Numbered from the stretch's first letter, positions 1 to 11,071 are shown. The stretch: 41,602 bases of DNA from Candidatus Krumholzibacteriia bacterium (GCA_046754105.1 JBHHVD010000016.1:1-41602); one strand, 5' to 3'. Numbers and translations: made by a program. The notes: generated by a model not told the origin, from the letters alone.

Positions 1-1798
<1,798 letters not shown>

Positions 1799-1807
1799 AT
1801 CGATTTG

Positions 1808-1837
1808 ATACTATGCACCCGCCCGCCGCCCTGTCAA
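1808..1837 (-). promoter_or_regulatory. sigma70-type promoter for riboswitch-thiC
   Basis: TTGACA-N18-TAGTAT immediately upstream of the aptamer. Confidence 0.6.
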
Positions 1838-1872
1838 CGACAAACTCCCCGGCCCGCGGGCGGCACTTTCCA

Positions 1873-2541
1873 TCAGGCAACACGGTACGTCAACCACCAG
1901 TAGTACGCACCGGAGCTCACCTCGAGGCACTCGCAAAGCGGCGCCAGCAGCCGCTCCAACTCCTCCACATCGTAGTAATTCTTGATGATCTCGTGGTTGG
2001 ACCCATCAGACAATTCCCGCCTCCGGAACGTGTCTTCACTCCCCGCAACGCGAATGAATTCGCCGCCGCGCCCCGGCCGCCGGAAGTTGTCGATCATGAA
2101 CACGACCGCCCCCGTTTCCAGACGGGAATGAAAACCAGCCAGGAAAACGCTCATCATCGCCTTGGGAACATGTGACAACCAGAATCCGGCAAGCCCCGCG
2201 TCGAATTTCCCCGCCAGGTCCTGCAAGTCGTACGCGTCGGCGAGCAGATACTCCACCGCAGCGCCCCGCGGGCTCCGGTCGCGGGCGATGGACAACATTT
2301 CCCGCGAGGCGTCAACGGCCACGACTGCCCGCGCACGCCCAGCAAGCCGCCTCGTCCAATAGCCGGTCCCGCAGGCGATTTCGAGCACGTTGCGGCCCTC
2401 GAGGCCCCTCTTCATCGTCTCTGCGGCGCACTGCAACTCGTCGCGGCGCGCGCGGTCGCTCCGGTTGTAGATGTCTTCGTATTCCGGCGCACGCCTGTCG
2501 TAGTAGCGCCTCAAGACGGAGAGTTGCGAGTTCAGATTCAC
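1873..2541 (-). CDS. class I SAM-dependent methyltransferase
   Basis: Motif I VLEIACGTG, VVAVDAS and ADAY..FD..FWLSHVP; N-terminal YYDRRAPEYE. Confidence 0.9.
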   Translation of the reverse strand: MNLNSQLSVLRRYYDRRAPEYEDIYNRSDRARRDELQCAAETMKRGLEGRNVLEIACGTGYWTRRLAGRARAVVAVDASREMLSIARDRSPRGAAVEYLLADAYDLQDLAGKFDAGLAGFWLSHVPKAMMSVFLAGFHSRLETGAVVFMIDNFRRPGRGGEFIRVAGSEDTFRRRELSDGSNHEIIKNYYDVEELERLLAPLCECLEVSSGAYYWWLTYRVA

Positions 2542-2578
2542 GCGCGGTTCTCGTTTCGGGAAGGAAAGACCGCCCGGG

Positions 2579-3115
2579 TCACGGCCGGAGGACGATATCT
2601 GCCGTGCACCGCCACACGCCCCCGTCGTCGCGCTCGAGCGCCTGCAAGAGGTAATACCCGCCGCGGTTCGCGCGCTCTTCGATGTCGTCGGGGAGCAGCG
2701 GGTCGCCCTCGAACAACAGTTCGAACAGCTGCTCCTTTCGCCCGGGCGGGGTTACAAAGAAATGGACGTGCGCGGCGATGTTCCCCTCGGGGTAGGGCCC
2801 GGGGCGTACCGAGCTGAGTTCGTAACGCCCGTCGCCACCGGTCTTCATCCAGCCTTTGAGACGCGGGTTCGATGGGCCCCTTTCCTCTGCGGAATAGTAT
2901 CCGCGAACGTCAGTGTGGTATGCGTATACAACGGCCCCTTTGATCGCGGTCTTGCCGTCCGCGGCAAAGACGGTGCCCGATACGATCATCCGCTCGCCCG
3001 GCTCGTCCTCGCCGGCGAGGGCCGCCTGCCAGGTCAATTCGATACCTTCGGGCGGGGCGTAGTCGCCGGGGGTGAGCGCGATTACGATCAGCAGAAGAAC
3101 GTTCAGGCCGGACAT
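2579..3115 (-). CDS. secreted intradiol ring-cleavage dioxygenase-like protein (protocatechuate 3,4-dioxygenase beta-like)
   Basis: YHTDxxGYY, KTxxDGRYEL, RPGPYP and AHVH (Tyr/Tyr/His/His iron ligands); hydrophobic N-terminal signal; GGAGG RBS. Confidence 0.85.
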   Translation of the reverse strand: MSGLNVLLLIVIALTPGDYAPPEGIELTWQAALAGEDEPGERMIVSGTVFAADGKTAIKGAVVYAYHTDVRGYYSAEERGPSNPRLKGWMKTGGDGRYELSSVRPGPYPEGNIAAHVHFFVTPPGRKEQLFELLFEGDPLLPDDIEERANRGGYYLLQALERDDGGVWRCTADIVLRP

Positions 3116-3187
3116 TTCGTACCTCCGTTTGAAACCCGCGGCGCACGGTCAGTCGCCGATAATGTGGCCCACTCCCCGCCGGTCACC

Positions 3188-4258
3188 TCAATCGGCAAAC
3201 GGCGGTTGTATGATGCCTTTTTCCGTAATGTATCCCTCGATGAGATCGCGCGGTGTTACGTCGAACGCCGGGTTTACGGCGCGCGCGTTCGCGGGCACCG
3301 TCACCACACCGCGAAACTCCTTCACTTCGCCCTCGTCCCGTTCCTCGATCGGGATGGCCGCACCATCGGCAATGCCGGTATCGATCGTACTCGAGGGCGC
3401 GGCGATATAAAACGGAACGCCGAATCGTTTGCAGACAATGGCGAGGTTGAGGGTACCGATCTTGTTGGCCGTGTCCCCGTTGGCGGCGATGCGGTCGGCC
3501 CCGACGACAACGAGCGACACCATTCCCCGGCTCATCAGCGACGCCGCCGCTCCGTCACAAAGCACGCTGACCGGAATACCCCGCTGTTGGCACTCCCATG
3601 CGTTCAACCTCGCACCCTGCAGTAGCGGCCGCGTCTCGTCGGCGTAGACGTGAATGTTCTTGCCCGCCTCGGTGGCTGCGAACACCACGCCCAGCGCGGT
3701 GCCGAACCCGCTCGTCGCCAGGCCCCCGGTGTTGCAGTGGGTCAGCACGTTGTCTCCGTCGCTGAGAAGCTCCGCGCCGTGCTGTCCGATCGCCATGCAC
3801 ATTTCCAGGTCTTCGTTGTACATCGCCATCGCCTCTCCGTGGAGCGCCGCCAGCAACGCGGACGGCCCTTCCCACTCGCCCTCATAGACACGCTTCATGC
3901 GCGCGACGGCCCACCCGAGATTGACAGCCGTCGGCCGGGTCGCCGCGATCTGCTCCCCCACCGCGTCGAGTTGCCGGCGCACGTCGGCAAGCTCTCCCGG
4001 AAAGTCCTCGACGTGGATACCATCCTGGTCGAAATAGTAGCCGCGCTCCCGCCGCCATTTCTGTTCGACGGCGAGCAAGAGCCCGAACGCGCCGGCCACA
4101 CCCAGCGCGGGCGCGCCGCGGATGCGCAGCGAAGCGATCGCCTCGCACAGAACCTCGACCGTTTCGATGCGCAGGATCTTGTACTCGGCGGGCAGGAGCG
4201 TCTGGTCGATCAACTCCACCGCGCCTTCTTTGAACAGGATCGTCGGGAGGATTGTCAC
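3188..4258 (-). CDS. mtnA: S-methyl-5-thioribose-1-phosphate isomerase
   Basis: DQTLLP, IRGAPALG, TRPTAVNL, LTHCNTGGLAT, DETRPLLQGARL, GADRIAANGDTANKIGT, NPAFDVTP. Confidence 0.96.
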   Translation of the reverse strand: MTILPTILFKEGAVELIDQTLLPAEYKILRIETVEVLCEAIASLRIRGAPALGVAGAFGLLLAVEQKWRRERGYYFDQDGIHVEDFPGELADVRRQLDAVGEQIAATRPTAVNLGWAVARMKRVYEGEWEGPSALLAALHGEAMAMYNEDLEMCMAIGQHGAELLSDGDNVLTHCNTGGLATSGFGTALGVVFAATEAGKNIHVYADETRPLLQGARLNAWECQQRGIPVSVLCDGAAASLMSRGMVSLVVVGADRIAANGDTANKIGTLNLAIVCKRFGVPFYIAAPSSTIDTGIADGAAIPIEERDEGEVKEFRGVVTVPANARAVNPAFDVTPRDLIEGYITEKGIIQPPFAD

Positions 4259-4857
4259 GAGACGCCTCCGCCTTTCTTGAGCAGATCGAACAACAGTGCC
4301 ACCGGCAGGCCCACCACGTTGTAGAAACAGCCCTCCAAGGAGCGCACGAGGCCCGCCCCAAGGCCCTGAACGGCGTATGCGCCGGCCTTGTCCCGGCCCT
4401 CACCCGAAGCGACGTATCCGTCGATCTCGAGGTGGGAGAGGTCCCGGAAGGAGACGCGCGTGCTCTCGTGGCCGCAGACCTCGATTTGTTCCGCGTGACG
4501 GCACACCGCCACGCCTGTAATGACCGTATGCACCCTGCCGCTGAGTCTTCTGAGGAACGCGCGTGCCTCTTCGTCGTCCACGGGTTTCTCCAGCGCCTCG
4601 CCGTCGAGAAACACCATCGTGTCCGCCCCGATCACCGTCGCGCGCGGGTGACGGTCCGCCACGTCTCGCGCCTTCAATCGCGCGCACTCGACGGGGCGCT
4701 GCAAAGCGTCGAGGGCGGACGCCATTTGCTCGACGTGGTCGGCCGCCGGAACGATGTCGAAACTCAGATCGAGCCCCTGCAGAATGTCACGCCGCCTCGG
4801 CGAACGCGAACCGAGGATCAGGTTACGCTGTACCGCTTCGGGCAGGAGCGGATTCAC
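4255..4857 (-). CDS. maf: Maf family nucleoside triphosphate pyrophosphatase
   Basis: LILGSRSPRRR, IGADT, LEKP, DKAGAYAVQG, NVVGLP. Start trimmed to the GTG at 4857, which overlaps the dtd stop (GTGA) and has an AAGGAG RBS. Confidence 0.93.
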   Translation of the reverse strand: MNPLLPEAVQRNLILGSRSPRRRDILQGLDLSFDIVPAADHVEQMASALDALQRPVECARLKARDVADRHPRATVIGADTMVFLDGEALEKPVDDEEARAFLRRLSGRVHTVITGVAVCRHAEQIEVCGHESTRVSFRDLSHLEIDGYVASGEGRDKAGAYAVQGLGAGLVRSLEGCFYNVVGLPVALLFDLLKKGGGVS

Positions 4858-5303
4858 GCGGGCTCCTTGTCCACGATGAGAGTCACCGGTCCGTCGTTGA
4901 CCAGGCTCACCTGCATGCGCGCGCGAAAGACGCCGCTGGCCACCTCGCCGGGCGCCTCCTCCCGGACCATATCTTGAAAACGCCCGTAGAGATCCGCTGC
5001 AACGTCCACGGGTGCGCTGCCTTCGAAACTGGGGCGCTTGCCCTTCTTGCAATCACCGTACAACGTGAACTGGGACACGAGCAGGACGCCACCTCCGGTC
5101 GCCGCGAGATCCAGGTTCATCTTGCCCCCCTCGTCTTCGAACAACCGCAGTGACACGATCTTTCGCGCCATCCATCGCAGCACGTCATCGTTGTCGCCCG
5201 CCGCAAACCCCACCAGAACGGCGATACCGCCTCCGATCCGCGCCACTTCTTTGTGATCGACGGTTACGGACGCGTGCTCGACTCTCTGTATGACGGCGCG
5301 CAT
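4854..5303 (-). CDS. dtd: D-aminoacyl-tRNA deacylase
   Basis: MRAVIQRV, LLVSQFTLYGD, NDGPVT. Confidence 0.97.
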   Translation of the reverse strand: MRAVIQRVEHASVTVDHKEVARIGGGIAVLVGFAAGDNDDVLRWMARKIVSLRLFEDEGGKMNLDLAATGGGVLLVSQFTLYGDCKKGKRPSFEGSAPVDVAADLYGRFQDMVREEAPGEVASGVFRARMQVSLVNDGPVTLIVDKEPA

Positions 5304-5306
5304 GGC

Positions 5307-7043
5307 TCAACCCTCGTGCTGGCGGATGTCGGCCACGTGGATCTCGACACGATGCCGATTTCGATAATACCCCTTCTTGAGCGTTACGGCCATGTCCACC
5401 GCGCGGCCATGCAACACTTCGGGGGCAATCGCCCTGTTCTCCCAGTTGAAACAGATGCCGTCCGCCTTGTGACCATCGCTGTCGGCAAGAAACAGTTTCA
5501 GGTGCCCGTTACCAACCCAGCGCGTATCGCCTCCGACGCGCACGTTCGCCAGCTTCCACATGGGGGTCCGGTTCCCGTTACCGAATGGCTCGCAAGCTCC
5601 CAGAAAATCCACGAGCTCCATCGTTGCCTCGGCAACCGTCACATCGGCGTCGATGTCGAGGCGGGCCTTACCGGGCGACGCGGACGTCACTTCGGCCAGG
5701 CGGCGGGTGAACTCCTCGCGAAAGGCGTCGATCTTCCCCGGTTCGAGACTGAAGCCGACGGCCTGCGCGTGGCCGCCGAAACGGGTAAGAAACGACTTGC
5801 AGTGGTCGAGTTGCTCCTTCAAATGCACGCCGGGCACGCTCCTCCCCGACCCCTTGGCAATACCCCCTGCGGTCGATATCAGCAGCGCCGGCCTGCCGAA
5901 CTCCTCCGCGACCCGCGCGGCCGCAATACCGAGGACCCCTTCGTCCCAATCCTCCCCGGCCAGCACGAATGCGCCCCGTCGCTGCCACCCCTCCGAGCTC
6001 CGTATATCTCTCGCGACGTCGGTGCTCACCTTTTCGGTCAGGTTTCTGCGGTGCTCGTTGTCTGCCTCGAGTATGCGAGCCAGCCGTTCCGATTCCAACC
6101 GCTCCCGGGAGCACAGTATCTGCAGCGCCGGTTTGGGGTTCGAGATCCTTCCCGGCGCGTTCAGGCGCGGGGCCAGCAAGAACCCGATGTGAGAAGCGGT
6201 AATCTCCGGCGCCGCCAGCCGGGCCACGTGTTTGAGGGCCGCGATGCCGGGACGCGGGGCCTGGTTGATGAACTCGAGCCCCCGTCGAACGAGCAGCCGG
6301 TTTTCATCTACGAGTGGGGCCACGTCCCCCACCGTGGCCAGGGTCGCCAGATCCAGGAGCTCGTCGCTGCGCCGCCGGCCCTGCACCCCACTCGCCTCCA
6401 GTGCCTGAACCAGTTTCAGCGCCACCCCGGCGCCGCACAGCCCGCCGAACGGGTAGGATTCACCGGCCCGTACCGGGTTGAGCATGATTCCGCCGGCCGG
6501 CCGGTCGATCGGAAATTCGTGGTGGTCGCACACTACGATTTCCATGCCCGCTTCTTCGAGGCGCGCTACGTTGTCTACATCCGAGGTACCGCAGTCGACA
6601 GCGATGAACAACCCGACCTCGTGTTCGATCGCCCACTCCACCCCGCGCCTGGCGATACCGTAGCCGTCCTTGCGGCGGTCGGGCAGGAAACGGAAGACGT
6701 GCGGCACCAGGCCGCACAGGAATTCGTACAGCAGCGCCGTGCCGCAAATACCGTCGACATCGTAGTCTCCGTGAATGAGGATTCTTCTGCCCCGGTCGAT
6801 CGCGCCACGCACGGCGGTCACCGCTCGCTCCATGTGATCGAAACGGAAGGGATCGTGGAAGCTCGTACCGGAGCCGGAGAGGAACGGGGCCGCCTCCTCC
6901 GGGGTCGTCATGCCCCGTGACGACAAAAACCGGGCCCCCGCAGGTGGTGTGCCCAGCGCCTGTACGAGCCGCTCGACACAGGCGGGGTCCGGCGTCTCTT
7001 TCTCTTCCCAATGGAACTTACCCGGCAATCTGGTCATAGGCAC
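5307..7043 (-). CDS. recJ: single-stranded DNA exonuclease RecJ
   Basis: HGDYDVDG, AVDCG, CDHH, LCGAGVA, PRLNAPGR, FGGH, EPFGNGN. The start may be the ATG at 7037. Confidence 0.96.
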   Translation of the reverse strand: MPMTRLPGKFHWEEKETPDPACVERLVQALGTPPAGARFLSSRGMTTPEEAAPFLSGSGTSFHDPFRFDHMERAVTAVRGAIDRGRRILIHGDYDVDGICGTALLYEFLCGLVPHVFRFLPDRRKDGYGIARRGVEWAIEHEVGLFIAVDCGTSDVDNVARLEEAGMEIVVCDHHEFPIDRPAGGIMLNPVRAGESYPFGGLCGAGVALKLVQALEASGVQGRRRSDELLDLATLATVGDVAPLVDENRLLVRRGLEFINQAPRPGIAALKHVARLAAPEITASHIGFLLAPRLNAPGRISNPKPALQILCSRERLESERLARILEADNEHRRNLTEKVSTDVARDIRSSEGWQRRGAFVLAGEDWDEGVLGIAAARVAEEFGRPALLISTAGGIAKGSGRSVPGVHLKEQLDHCKSFLTRFGGHAQAVGFSLEPGKIDAFREEFTRRLAEVTSASPGKARLDIDADVTVAEATMELVDFLGACEPFGNGNRTPMWKLANVRVGGDTRWVGNGHLKLFLADSDGHKADGICFNWENRAIAPEVLHGRAVDMAVTLKKGYYRNRHRVEIHVADIRQHEG

Positions 7044-7147
7044 AGTAATCGAGAGAAGTCCGCCGGCCGGCGGGGCGTCGCCGGCGACGATTCCGGCGCG
7101 GGTCGGCTGAGCGCGCGGGGGGGGTAGTCCGCGCCGGGCAATAGCGA

Positions 7148-7514
7148 TGTCGAGCAGGCCGTAAGCCGAGTTCTGTTCCCAAAAGGGTGACGGCCATTTA
7201 TCTGGGATGCCTGTTGCCAGACACCTCTTGCAACCAACCCGAGGGTCAAGCGAAGCGAGGCGTCTTCTTCCCTCCTATTTGGTCTTACACCGGGTGGGGT
7301 TTGCCGGGCTACCGCTGTCACCAGCGGTACCGGTGAGCTCTTACCTCACCTTTTCACCCTTACCGGCTGCGGTCGCCCGCGGCGCCGGCGGTATTTTTTC
7401 TGTGGCACTTTCCTTGGAATCGCTTCCACTGGCCGTTAACCAGCACCCTGCCTCGTGGAGCTCGGACTTTCCTCAGGCGCCAAAAGGGCCCGCGGCCGTC
7501 TGTCCTGCTCGACA
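7148..7514 (-). ncRNA. rnpB: RNase P RNA, bacterial class A
   Basis: Minus strand contains GAGGAAAGTCCGAGCTCC, GGAAAGTGCCACAGAAA, GGGTGAAAAGGTGAGGTAAGAGC and AACAGAACTCGGCTTA. Terminal P1 pairing TGTCGAGCAGG/CCTGCTCGACA. Confidence 0.97.
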
Positions 7515-7531
7515 CCGGCTGTTTCCCCGTT

Positions 7532-7560
7532 AACATACACTCGACCGCCATACATGGCAA
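7532..7560 (-). promoter_or_regulatory. sigma70-type promoter of rnpB
   Basis: TTGCCA-N17-TATGTT about 18 nt upstream of the P1 helix. Confidence 0.65.
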
Positions 7561-7562
7561 GC

Positions 7563-8156
7563 TCACGATTTGGCATCGAGCGCATCGTTGGCCAGGCGGT
7601 CGACCGCCTTGTTCTCGGCGCGCGGTATGTGCACTACCTCGACCGACGAAAACTGTCCGATCAGCGTCGTCGCCCGCTCGAAGAGCGGCTTGAGCGACGG
7701 GTGCTTCACCTTGTACTCACCGTTGAGTTGTTTGACTACCAGCTCGCTGTCGAGCTTCAAAACCACGTCGCTCGCACCCAGCTGCCCCAGCAGCTCCAGG
7801 GCGAGGTGTACCCCATGATACTCGGCCACGTTATTGGTTGCAGTCCCCAGGACTTTCGATCGCCGCAGCAGTTCCTCGCCGCTCTCGTCGGTGATAATCA
7901 CCGCGCACGATGCCGGCCCGGGGTTGCCGCGTGAAGCGCCGTCCGCCTGGGCGGTCAGGCACCCTGCCCGTGGTTGGCTCCCCGGCGAACGAGTGCCCGC
8001 GCTCGCTATTCGTCTCGCCAGCGCTTCGAGGATTTCGGCGGCCGCTCCCCGTTCGAGGCCGGACCCAGCGAGAGCACGCTCGACGTCTTCGCCGCCGCGC
8101 AGCGCCTCGAGCAGCCGGATGAGCTTGCCGGCGGCCCGCCGGTCGCGCTCAGGCAT
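7563..8156 (-). CDS. rnhA: ribonuclease HI family protein with short N-terminal extension
   Basis: DGASRGNPG, ATNNVAEY, LDSELVVKQLNGEYKVK, HIPRAENKAVDRLAN. Start taken at ATG 8156, overlapping the upstream stop. Confidence 0.88.
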   Translation of the reverse strand: MPERDRRAAGKLIRLLEALRGGEDVERALAGSGLERGAAAEILEALARRIASAGTRSPGSQPRAGCLTAQADGASRGNPGPASCAVIITDESGEELLRRSKVLGTATNNVAEYHGVHLALELLGQLGASDVVLKLDSELVVKQLNGEYKVKHPSLKPLFERATTLIGQFSSVEVVHIPRAENKAVDRLANDALDAKS

Positions 8157-8865
8157 CGTAGTGCACCAGGATCCTGCCACAGGCTTCGCAAGTAATGATG
8201 CGGTCATTCTTGCGCACCTCGACCGAGGTCTGGGGCGGAATCCGTGTAAAACATCCCTGGCAAGTTTCGCCGGTGATGTTGGTGACGGCGCAGTTGGTCA
8301 TCTTGGCCAGCACCCGCTCGTAGCGCCTCCTTACTTTCGGATCGAGCTCGGAGAGCATCTGGGGCTTTTGCGCCTCCAGCTTCTCGACCTTCGTAGTGAG
8401 ATCGCGCGCGCGCTCCTCGAGTTGTTTCCGCTCGGCTTCGAGTTCGTCCCTGCGCGCCGAGCTTTTCTCCATGGACGCCTTGTTGTTACTGCCAAGATCG
8501 TCGAGTTCATCCATCAACAGGAGGAGGCGTTCTTCCTTTGCGTCGATGTCTTTTTCCAGGTGGCTGATTTCATGCAGCATCGCCGTGTATTCTTTGTTCG
8601 TTTTCACTTCCATCAACTGCGTCTTGTATTTCTTGACTTGTTCCGCGTTGTCCTGGAGCTTTTGTTCCAGAGTCCGGCGCTCGCTCTGGGCGTTCGTCAG
8701 GCGCTCCGCGGCGGATGCTTCCGCGATCGCGATCTCGTCCTGGGTTTTTTTCGCCTTCGCGATCCGTTGCGGAAGGAGCCCCAGCTCCGTCCGGCACTCG
8801 GCGATCCGCGCGTCGAGCTTGGCAATTTCGACCAGTACGCGTAGATCGCGCTCGGTTTCGGTCAT
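8149..8865 (-). CDS. coiled-coil C4 zinc-ribbon protein (DUF164/CT398-like)
   Basis: Long coiled coil with VKTNKEY..EI, and C-terminal CQGC...CEACGRIL. Typical position beside RNase HI and rnpB. Confidence 0.92.
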   Translation of the reverse strand: MTETERDLRVLVEIAKLDARIAECRTELGLLPQRIAKAKKTQDEIAIAEASAAERLTNAQSERRTLEQKLQDNAEQVKKYKTQLMEVKTNKEYTAMLHEISHLEKDIDAKEERLLLLMDELDDLGSNNKASMEKSSARRDELEAERKQLEERARDLTTKVEKLEAQKPQMLSELDPKVRRRYERVLAKMTNCAVTNITGETCQGCFTRIPPQTSVEVRKNDRIITCEACGRILVHYDA

Positions 8866-8882
8866 TTCGCCCTCGTCCCCCC

Positions 8883-8916
8883 AAAAAAACGAGCTCCCCT
8901 CGGTCGAGAGAAGCTC
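8883..8916 (-). terminator. intrinsic terminator directly upstream of the zinc-ribbon RBS (attenuator-like)
   Basis: Minus strand GAGCTTCTCTCG-ACC-GAGGGGAGCTC-G-TTTTTTT, ending 17 nt before the ATG. Confidence 0.8.
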
Positions 8917-8989
8917 ATACGTTTCCGGCGCATCCGGAACGCAGTCCCGTCGCGCTGGCGCCTCGATTATTTCGAATTGTGATTCGCAC
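8915..8989 (-). CDS. putative 24-aa leader peptide MRITIRNNRGASATGLRSGCAGNV
   Basis: GGAG 5 nt before a GTG start; the TGA stop overlaps the first bases of the terminator stem; three CGA codons in the first nine. Confidence 0.4.
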   Translation of the reverse strand: MRITIRNNRGASATGLRSGCAGNV

Positions 8990-9028
8990 GATGACTCCAG
9001 ACGCGTGTCGTTCGCACGCGAAAAAGGA

Positions 9029-9058
9029 ACTCTACGTCACGCCCTGCTGCCCAGTCAA
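9029..9058 (-). promoter_or_regulatory. sigma70-type promoter of the zinc-ribbon leader
   Basis: TTGACT-N18-TAGAGT. Confidence 0.6.
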
Positions 9059-9102
9059 GTGCTATCCCAGCCACCCCGCGACGGATGCCGATGACTCAAA
9101 CG

Positions 9103-9131
9103 AAAAGCCCCTCCAGCGGTGGAGGGGCTCT
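9103..9131 (-). terminator. terminator downstream of tRNA-Ile2
   Basis: AGAGCCCCTCCA-CCGC-TGGAGGGGGCTTTT on the minus strand. Confidence 0.75.
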
Positions 9132-9137
9132 GGCGGT

Positions 9138-9213
9138 TGGTGGGCCCACTAGGACTCGAACCTAGGACCAGCCGGTTATGAGCCGGCGGCTCTAACCACT
9201 GAGCTATGGGCCC
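9138..9213 (-). tRNA. tRNA with CAT anticodon, most likely tRNA-Ile2 (lysidine)
   Basis: GGGCCCATAGCTCAGTGGTTAGAGCCGCCGGCTCATAACCGGCTGGTCCTAGGTTCGAGTCCTAGTGGGCCCACCA (76 nt, encoded CCA). The G1:C72 pair argues against initiator tRNA; sequence and position after rpoD resemble ileX. Confidence 0.93.
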
Positions 9214-9226
9214 AAGACTCACCCTG

Positions 9227-9277
9227 AAAAAAAAGCGACGTAAGCCGCGACCGGACAGGTCGGCGGCTTGAGTCGCC
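9227..9277 (-). terminator. rpoD terminator-like hairpin with T8 tail
   Basis: GCGAC..AAGCCGCCGACC-loop-GGTCGCGGCTT..GTCGC followed by TTTTTTTT. Confidence 0.65.
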
Positions 9278-9308
9278 GAAGGCTACGCGGCCGCCAGGTC
9301 CGCCCAGC

Positions 9309-11057
9309 CTAGACTACTTCCGTGTACCCTTTGAGCTTCCTTGCCCGGCTCGGGTGCTGGAGCTTCTTCAGGGCCTTGGCCTCGATCTGGCGAACGCGCT
9401 CGCGGGTCACGTTGAAGATCGTGCCCACTTCTTCGAGCGTTCGCGGCGTACCGTCTCCCAGACCGAAGCGGAGCCGGATGACCTTCTCCTCGCGCCGGGT
9501 CAGCGTACTAAGAACCTTCGTCAGCTGCTCGCGCAGCATCGCGTGCGCCGCGGTCTGCGCCGGTGAAGCGGCTCCGGTATCTTCGATAAAATCGGAGAGG
9601 TTGCTGTCCTCGTCCTCACCGATCGGGCGGTCGAGCGAAATGGGCTCCATGCTGGCCTTCATAACACTCTTGACCTTGTCGACCGGGTAGCACAGCCGCT
9701 TGGCCACCTCTTCCGGCGTTGGATCGCGCCCGTTCTCCTGGACCAGCTTACGGGCCGTGCGGGACACCTTGTTGATGGCTTCGATCATGTGGACCGGCAC
9801 GCGGATCGTGCGCGCCTGATCGGCGATCGCCCGGGTGATCGCCTGTCGAATCCACCACGTGGCGTAGGTGCTGAACTTGTAGCCCTTGCGGTAGTCGAAC
9901 TTGTCGACGGCGCGCATGAGACCGCTGTTTCCCTCCTGAATGAGGTCGAGAAACTCCAGACCCCGGTTCGTGTACCGTTTGGCGATGGCAATCACCAGGC
10001 GGACGTTGGCCTCGATCATCTCCCGCTTGGCCGTCTCGCGCTCCAGTTCGCCTCGCCGGATGTCACCGACCAGCTTGTAGAGCCCTTCCCTGCTGACGTT
10101 CTCAGACTTCTCGACCTTCTGAATCTCCTTCGTCAACAGCCGCATCTTCTTCTGGAAATCCTCGAGCACGTCCTGCGACCACGGACCCTTGCCGTTGATG
10201 CGGATACTGCGGCGCCGCTTGTAGCTCTTGAGCTTCGCGATGGCCTCGTTCAACTCCACGAACGACAGGCCGATGAAGCCCTCGTATTCCTTGAACTTGG
10301 CCTCCAGCTCCCCAACGTGTTCGAGCGTCTCGTGAATCGACTCCACGATCCGCTCTAGTTGTTTGGGATTGAGCTGCAGTTTGACGTACTCGTCGAAGAG
10401 CTTCGTCGTCCGCAGATCGATCGACCGCTCGAGGCTGGGGCGTTTGGCGGCGTTCTTCTTGAGCTTCGCTTTTTTCTGGAGCTCGACAATCTCGCGCCGC
10501 AGGCGGGTGATACGCTTGACGGGCCGGAATCGCGCCTGGCGCTCCTTCTTGCCTGTGTAATGGGGATGGAGCCCTCCCGTCTCGACCTGGATCACCTCAT
10601 CGAGCCTTAGCTCCTCTTTTTCCACTCTGCGGGCCAGAGCTTGCAGTTCGCGGATCGGGCTGTCAAGCGACACGACCGCCTTCGCTATCGTCAACTGTCC
10701 CTTCTCGATGCGCTTGGCCAGCTTTACCTCGCCTTGCCGGTCGAGCAGGGGCACCTTGCCCATCTCGCGCAGGTACATGCGCACCGGGTCGTCGTAACGA
10801 ATGACGGTTTTCAGCGCTTCTTCGGTCTTGGCCCCTTCTTTCTCTTCCCGCCGCTTCTTGGCCTCCATCTTGAGCCGTGCTTTCTCCGGGGAATCGAAGA
10901 AGTCGATCTTCTCCTCGCTGAGACGGTCGTAGAGGACTACTATCTCGTCGGGAGAAAAATCCCTCCCGACCAGAGCTTCGATTTCGTGATTCAGGATGAA
11001 GCCTTTGTCGTCCGCCACCCGTCGAATATCTTCCAGCACGTCTTCAAACTTATCCAT
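9309..11057 (-). CDS. rpoD: RNA polymerase primary sigma factor RpoD
   Basis: [75 protein letters not shown]. Start taken at ATG 11057 (GAGGTG RBS). Confidence 0.98.
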   Translation of the reverse strand: MDKFEDVLEDIRRVADDKGFILNHEIEALVGRDFSPDEIVVLYDRLSEEKIDFFDSPEKARLKMEAKKRREEKEGAKTEEALKTVIRYDDPVRMYLREMGKVPLLDRQGEVKLAKRIEKGQLTIAKAVVSLDSPIRELQALARRVEKEELRLDEVIQVETGGLHPHYTGKKERQARFRPVKRITRLRREIVELQKKAKLKKNAAKRPSLERSIDLRTTKLFDEYVKLQLNPKQLERIVESIHETLEHVGELEAKFKEYEGFIGLSFVELNEAIAKLKSYKRRRSIRINGKGPWSQDVLEDFQKKMRLLTKEIQKVEKSENVSREGLYKLVGDIRRGELERETAKREMIEANVRLVIAIAKRYTNRGLEFLDLIQEGNSGLMRAVDKFDYRKGYKFSTYATWWIRQAITRAIADQARTIRVPVHMIEAINKVSRTARKLVQENGRDPTPEEVAKRLCYPVDKVKSVMKASMEPISLDRPIGEDEDSNLSDFIEDTGAASPAQTAAHAMLREQLTKVLSTLTRREEKVIRLRFGLGDGTPRTLEEVGTIFNVTRERVRQIEAKALKKLQHPSRARKLKGYTEVV

Positions 11058-11071
11058 TAAACACCTCAATA

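Noticed and set aside
3113..3190. mtnA and the dioxygenase-like gene are in the same frame, separated only by two in-frame TGA codons (possible Sec readthrough fusion, given selC)
   Set aside because: MtnA is complete at its stop, the downstream gene has its own RBS and signal peptide, and I see no Cys-equivalent context or convincing SECIS.
8570..8917. uORF TGA followed by a hairpin as a possible SECIS/selenopeptide
   Set aside because: The hairpin has a U7 tail typical of a terminator, and readthrough enters a shadow frame that is out of frame with the zinc-ribbon gene.
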